Source of the DNA: an uncultured Acidobacteriota bacterium | Lineage (GTDB): Bacteria > Acidobacteriota > Vicinamibacteria > Vicinamibacterales > UBA8438 | Direction: 5' to 3' | DNA: 64,000 nt | NCBI GenBank assembly: GCA_913043225.1 | Contig: CAJWLU010000002.1 | Span: forward strand, 160,001 to 224,000 | Shown here: positions 59,846-64,000 of the stretch, piece by piece | How the letters are laid out: each line of letters starts with the position of its first letter | Position numbering within the stretch: position 1 is the first letter of the stretch | Notes under the pieces: generated by a model | Databases searched by the model: none | What the model was told of the DNA's origin: nothing | What the model saw: the letters and a program-made list of their open reading frames with translations, nothing else | Program-made: the position numbers and the translations under genes

Positions 59846-60724
59846 TCATTGATTCTGCCAGCGCCGAAGCAGGTCGTCGTGTAACCGACAGGTCTCGTCG
59901 GCGGTTTCGGCGTTGAGCAGGATGAAGCTGTCCTCGGTATTGACCAGCAGATAGGGTGGTTCGTCCGCCCGGGTGAACAGGAGCCCGTCGCCCAGGGTGT
60001 GGACTCGGAACCGGCCTCGCCGAGTGCCCCCGGCGGAGAACCCCCGAAGTCGGTGACGTACCCGAGGGTGGCCAGGTTCGAGGGAGACGGACGTGATGTC
60101 GTCGAGCTCGATCGTGGCGCCGTAGTTCCCGCTGACGATGAACTCTGCGGCGGTGACCTGCGCGGTTGACGGCTGACCGCTGCGGTAGAACATCACGCCG
60201 GTCACGAGGAGGAGGGGTACGCCAATGACGATGACCGGCGCGAGAGCGACGCCAGGAATCGTGGAGTCGCCGGCTACCTCCAGTTCTTTCTCCTCACGGC
60301 TCTCGAATCCGTGGACCGCGATGGAAGGATTGTGCCGGCTCAGGATGGCGACGAATCCGTCCCGGTCACGGGGTGATACCTGAGTTCGGCCAGTCGCATG
60401 CACGAGCTCGATCCGGTCCAGAGAGAGGGCTAGCGCCGAGAGCAGGCTCCGGCTCGGTCGCAGCGAGCGGATTGAGTCGAGGGGGATCAGTTCCCTGAGC
60501 CACATGCACCGTACGTCGAGCTCGTAATTCGTCACCGTGTAGCTGGTCGAGGAGAGTCCCCAGCCTATCAGCGCGACCGGAGTGAAGACGACCAGCGGGA
60601 CCCAGATGTGGCCCTCGGTCGCCGCGCGCCCGGCGGGGTACAGCCCGATGAGGACAGGAAGGACGGTGGCGGTGATGACCCAGCCGTCGATCTTTAACCG
60701 GAAACGCAGATCGGTCGCAGTCAC
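59846..60724 (-). CDS. Membrane protein with bacterial PH domains
   Basis: GTG 60724 overlaps the upstream stop; FRLKIDGW, two TM, TSYTV, ALSLDRIEL, VSPRDRDGF; second TM plus bPH-like module. Confidence 0.7.
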   Translation of the reverse strand: MTATDLRFRLKIDGWVITATVLPVLIGLYPAGRAATEGHIWVPLVVFTPVALIGWGLSSTSYTVTNYELDVRCMWLRELIPLDSIRSLRPSRSLLSALALSLDRIELVHATGRTQVSPRDRDGFVAILSRHNPSIAVHGFESREEKELEVAGDSTIPGVALAPVIVIGVPLLLVTGVMFYRSGQPSTAQVTAAEFIVSGNYGATIELDDITSVSLEPGHPRVRHRLRGFSAGGTRRGRFRVHTLGDGLLFTRADEPPYLLVNTEDSFILLNAETADETCRLHDDLLRRWQNQ

Positions 60725-61470
60725 GAATTCGCTCCGGCACGTTTGGCCGACCACTCGTCGAGTGTGTCCTGGATCGCGGCGCGGGTATGTGAGATCAGCT
60801 CGTTAATCTGGGCGTCGGTGTAGTCGGCTGTGTCGATCGGCTCGCCGATGATGACATCGACCCGACCTGGTCGCGGAGCCAGAGTTGTCTTAGGGAGCAG
60901 AGCAAAAGTCCCGCAGATGGTGACCGGAATGATCGGCACGCCCGCCTTCATCGCGATCTTGAATGTGCCTGGTTGGAATTTCTGGAGCTGTCCATCGGGC
61001 GTCCGGGTGCCCTCCGGGAACACGGCCAGTGAGCGCCCGCCGCGCACCCCCTCGATGGTGCGTCGCACGCTGGCTACCGTGCGCCTGGCGTTGCCCCGGT
61101 CGATCGGAAAGTGTCCCGCGGTCCACAGATGCCAGCCCATGAACGGGACGTAGAATAGCTCCCGCTTTGCCATGATTCTGAACGGGTAGGGCAGGTAGGC
61201 AAAGAGCGCCGGTGTGTCGATCAGACTGGAATGGTTGGCCATGTAGACGTAGGGCCGTCCAGGCTCGACGTGTTCGTTGCCGTGGACCCGGATCCGCGCG
61301 AAGATCGACCACGCCACGAGCCGGCACCACCATCGAGCGCACCAGAACTGCCGATTACCCGTCCGGTCGAATGGCCAGACCAGGAGCGACAGCGACCCCA
61401 TCACCACCGTGTGGGTGTACCAGAGCAGGTTGGCGAGCGGCGCCCAGAGATAGACGAGGAGGAGTCGCAC
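60721..61470 (-). CDS. plsC: 1-acyl-sn-glycerol-3-phosphate acyltransferase family
   Basis: NHSSLID, AKREL, FPIDR, FPEGTR. Confidence 0.9.
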   Translation of the reverse strand: MRLLLVYLWAPLANLLWYTHTVVMGSLSLLVWPFDRTGNRQFWCARWWCRLVAWSIFARIRVHGNEHVEPGRPYVYMANHSSLIDTPALFAYLPYPFRIMAKRELFYVPFMGWHLWTAGHFPIDRGNARRTVASVRRTIEGVRGGRSLAVFPEGTRTPDGQLQKFQPGTFKIAMKAGVPIIPVTICGTFALLPKTTLAPRPGRVDVIIGEPIDTADYTDAQINELISHTRAAIQDTLDEWSAKRAGANS

Positions 61471-61626
61471 GGTTCGTGGCTAGGCCGGTCTGGTGGCCTT
61501 CAGGTTGGCAAGGACGGCGCGTCCACGCGCCGAGAGGGAATACCCGGTCTTGTGGCTGATGGTTAGCCCGAGGTTCTTGAGCAGCATCAGTCCGTCCGCC
61601 CGGCGATTTTATCCCCGCGCGAGCGC

Positions 61627-62325
61627 TTAGCGGGGAAGTGCCGCCCTTGTGTAGAAGATGTTGATGAGGGCTTGACCGCGGGCCAGTGCGTCCGGTTGTT
61701 CGAGGAGACCGAGACGGTCCAGAGGTTCGATGTCGATCAGCTGGGCGACGCCGTTGACCACATCCTCGTCGGCGAGTCCGTCTGGGATCTGGATGCCAGG
61801 GAGTCCGATTGGCAGCAGTCCCGCCAATTCGTCTCGGAGATCCTCGAGCTCGAGCCGTTCAGAGGGTGACAGCACCTCCGGAATCGGTTCGATGTTGGCA
61901 AGTCGATAGGAGCGACTATGGTCTTCACTGGTGATCCGGAACTTGCTGATACCGCCCAGCACGATGTTGTAGCGGCCGTCGGGCAGCTCTTCGGCCTCGG
62001 CGATGACCCCGACGCAGCCCACCGAGAACACCGGGGGGTTCCCCTCGTAGTTTCCCTCGCGGCTCGGTTCGAGCAGCACCATTCCGATCAGTCGATCGCC
62101 GGCCAGCGCGTCGGCCACCATGTCCCGATACCGCTGCTCGAAGATATGCAACGGGCGGGTCGCCCGCGGGAACAGCATGATGTCCTGCAGCGGGAAAATT
62201 GGGATCGTGCTGGGCAGCACGGTGGGGGCGTACCCACGGGTGGTGGAACCCTGTGCCTCGGACGGCGTTGCCGTCGCGAGCACAGAGACGCACAGGATCA
62301 CGGCGGTTAGTCGACACACGAGCAT
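61627..62325 (-). CDS. Lon N-terminal (substrate-binding) domain protein with signal-like N-terminus
   Basis: IPIFPL, PLHIFEQRYRDMV, VGCVG, LPDGRYNI; no AAA or protease domain. Confidence 0.8.
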   Translation of the reverse strand: MLVCRLTAVILCVSVLATATPSEAQGSTTRGYAPTVLPSTIPIFPLQDIMLFPRATRPLHIFEQRYRDMVADALAGDRLIGMVLLEPSREGNYEGNPPVFSVGCVGVIAEAEELPDGRYNIVLGGISKFRITSEDHSRSYRLANIEPIPEVLSPSERLELEDLRDELAGLLPIGLPGIQIPDGLADEDVVNGVAQLIDIEPLDRLGLLEQPDALARGQALINIFYTRAALPR

Positions 62326-62615
62326 CTGTGAGGTCCCCTCGCGCGCCCGGCAGCCGCGTTAGGAGGCCATTCGGTCGCGGGCGCTGAGTCCGTGCTGGCG
62401 ATAGCCGATAGGTCGCGCCACACTGTCTCCAGAGGGGCAGGCTATCACGGTCTGACGGTCCTGGGCGTCGCGGAGCGGAGTCACGACCGTTCGTGTGCAG
62501 GACGGGGATCGTCCGGGTTGAGCGCGACTGCCGATATTTTCCGACGCCGGATCCGAGCGGGTCCAGTCACACCCTGTCCATACGCCGATTGCCTTCTTTT
62601 GGTTCACCGCTGTGT

Positions 62616-63476
62616 TCAGGAGCGGACGGCGGTGAGTCCGAACAGACCTGCGGAGGCGGTCTCCTCGTCCGACGCCAGGGAACTGTGTACTTCGATCTGT
62701 TCGAGGCCGGCTTTCCGCAGCGTCTCGGCCAGTTTGTCCGTCTCCCAAGCACAGGTCGACATGGCGTGTCGTTTGACCGCTCCTGAGGCGAGGTCCACGA
62801 CGTGCCAGCGTTCGGTGGCGGTACGCGACGCTGTGTCCCAGAACGGCTCGTGGAGTAGCAGGTGGGGGTGGGGTGAGAACAATCCGGCATCTAGGGTTTC
62901 CCAGGTGGGAATGCCCTCGCCCGTGTCCCGAACCGATTCGGCGAGCTGAGGTTCGAGGATCAATGTGCCGCCTGGCGCGAGCGCCGTCCCGGCCCGCGTG
63001 AGCAGCTCGCGGGCAATTGATCGGGGGAAGACGTTCAGCTGACCGAAGAGCAGCATCACCACGTCATACCCCTCGCCGAAGGCTGCGGTGCGGAGATCAA
63101 CCTCCTCGAACTCACAGTCGAGCACGTCTGTTTTGGCCACGGTGCGGGCATGGCGGATGGCGGCTGGTGCGAAGTCGAGGCCGCGTCCATGGTGACCGAG
63201 TTCGGCGAGCCCGTGCAGGTACAGTCCGGGACCACAGGCCAGATCTAATACGCGCCCCGTGGTGGGAGGCACACGGGCGGCGATGAACCGGAGTTGGGCG
63301 TCGATGACCTGCTGGCGTCGACTGGCCCGGTCGTGGTCCTGTGACAGATGTTCGACTAGCACCCGTTCGCTGAATGCCGGGTCATTCCATGGCAGGTTGT
63401 CGCCGTCCTGCCATGGCACGGCCGGAATCGCTCGACCGGCTATCGTCGCGAGCCGGCTCGCTTCGTTCGTGGTCAT
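62616..63476 (-). CDS. Class I SAM-dependent methyltransferase
   Basis: VLDLACGPG, GLDFA, LAPGG; N-terminal PWNDPAFSERVL.EHL. Confidence 0.88.
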   Translation of the reverse strand: MTTNEASRLATIAGRAIPAVPWQDGDNLPWNDPAFSERVLVEHLSQDHDRASRRQQVIDAQLRFIAARVPPTTGRVLDLACGPGLYLHGLAELGHHGRGLDFAPAAIRHARTVAKTDVLDCEFEEVDLRTAAFGEGYDVVMLLFGQLNVFPRSIARELLTRAGTALAPGGTLILEPQLAESVRDTGEGIPTWETLDAGLFSPHPHLLLHEPFWDTASRTATERWHVVDLASGAVKRHAMSTCAWETDKLAETLRKAGLEQIEVHSSLASDEETASAGLFGLTAVRS

Positions 63477-63581
63477 GCCGCTATCTGACGTAGCCCGGTC
63501 GTTACCACCTCCGCGAACGCTGCCGACTATTCGACGAACGGCTTCCGGAGGGGGCCGACCACGAACAGGCGGTATTAGGCC

Positions 63582-64000
63582 TTACCGGGGCCGGTTGAGG
63601 GCGAAGACTACGCCGAACAGGACAACGCCAGCCGCATCGAGAATCGGCACCGGCAGGCCTGCGAGCGCCACCGAAGGTCCGGGGGCAAGGAGCAGTGCCG
63701 CGGCGCCGAACATGGCGATCCGGAGCGGGGCGGGCAAGGCTGTTCTGAGTTGGCCCGTGATCCCGGAGGCGAAGCAGAGCACGCCGAGGACCCCGATGAC
63801 CACCGGGACCAGCATTTCCGACGGACTGGCCGCATCACCGGTCGCGGTGAGCATCAGTAACTCGGGGCGGTACACGAAGATATAGGGCAGCGTGAAGCCG
63901 ACCAGGGCGAAGCGGAAGGCCGCCAGGCTGGTCTGCATGATGTTCGTACCGGCAATGGAGGCGGCGGCGTAGCCTGCCAGGGCCACCGGTGGGGTAACCA
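63582..64000 (-). CDS. TRAP transporter fused (DctM-type) permease, C-terminal part, truncated by window edge
   Basis: VTPPVALAGYAAASIAG, FTLPYIFVYRPELL. Confidence 0.8.
   Translation of the reverse strand, partial: VTPPVALAGYAAASIAGTNIMQTSLAAFRFALVGFTLPYIFVYRPELLMLTATGDAASPSEMLVPVVIGVLGVLCFASGITGQLRTALPAPLRIAMFGAAALLLAPGPSVALAGLPVPILDAAGVVLFGVVFALNRPR

Noticed and set aside
62326..62615. Intergenic stretch with a short GATAGCC/GGCTATC inverted repeat and overlapping ORFs
   Set aside because: The repeat is too short and the ORFs lack recognisable motifs; nothing supportable

Overview
This is a GC-rich, gene-dense bacterial chromosomal segment. Gene content and style suggest Acidobacteriota (Vicinamibacterales-like), but that is inference only. 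I found no rRNA, tRNA, CRISPR array or mobile element. Main blocks: (1) 3.5-23.5 kb, a one-strand nitrogen-assimilation supercluster (lysR-gltB-gltD-NifA-like GAF activator-[sigma54 promoter]-glnK-amt-two TorF-like barrels-glnD-glnB-glnA-glnE) with no ntrBC and no nif genes. (2) 23.6-30.8 kb, a sulfate-assimilation operon (cysH, siroheme genes, sulfite reductase) preceded by an unannotated poly-Cys leader peptide with a complete terminator/antiterminator pair. (3) 30.8-41.8 kb, a tightly coupled operon (sulfotransferase, two AlkP-superfamily enzymes of opposite predicted topology, a 63-aa protein with an 'RLxxLGY' tail, a DUF106/EMC3-like membrane protein, a non-formylglycine sulfatase-like lipoprotein) set divergently from cysQ and sat-cysC; this may be an uncharacterised trans-envelope sulfation system. 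(4) 47-54 kb, a GriC/GriD (EhpF/LuxC)-like carboxylate reductase pair with a lipoprotein and a large FtsX ABC system. (5) 54-64 kb, mixed small genes including a DUF411 gene with an in-frame UGA at a conserved Cys plus a SECIS-like hairpin (probable selenoprotein), a nonsense-interrupted NUDIX gene and a frameshifted GNAT remnant. All family calls come from motif recognition by eye, not database searches.
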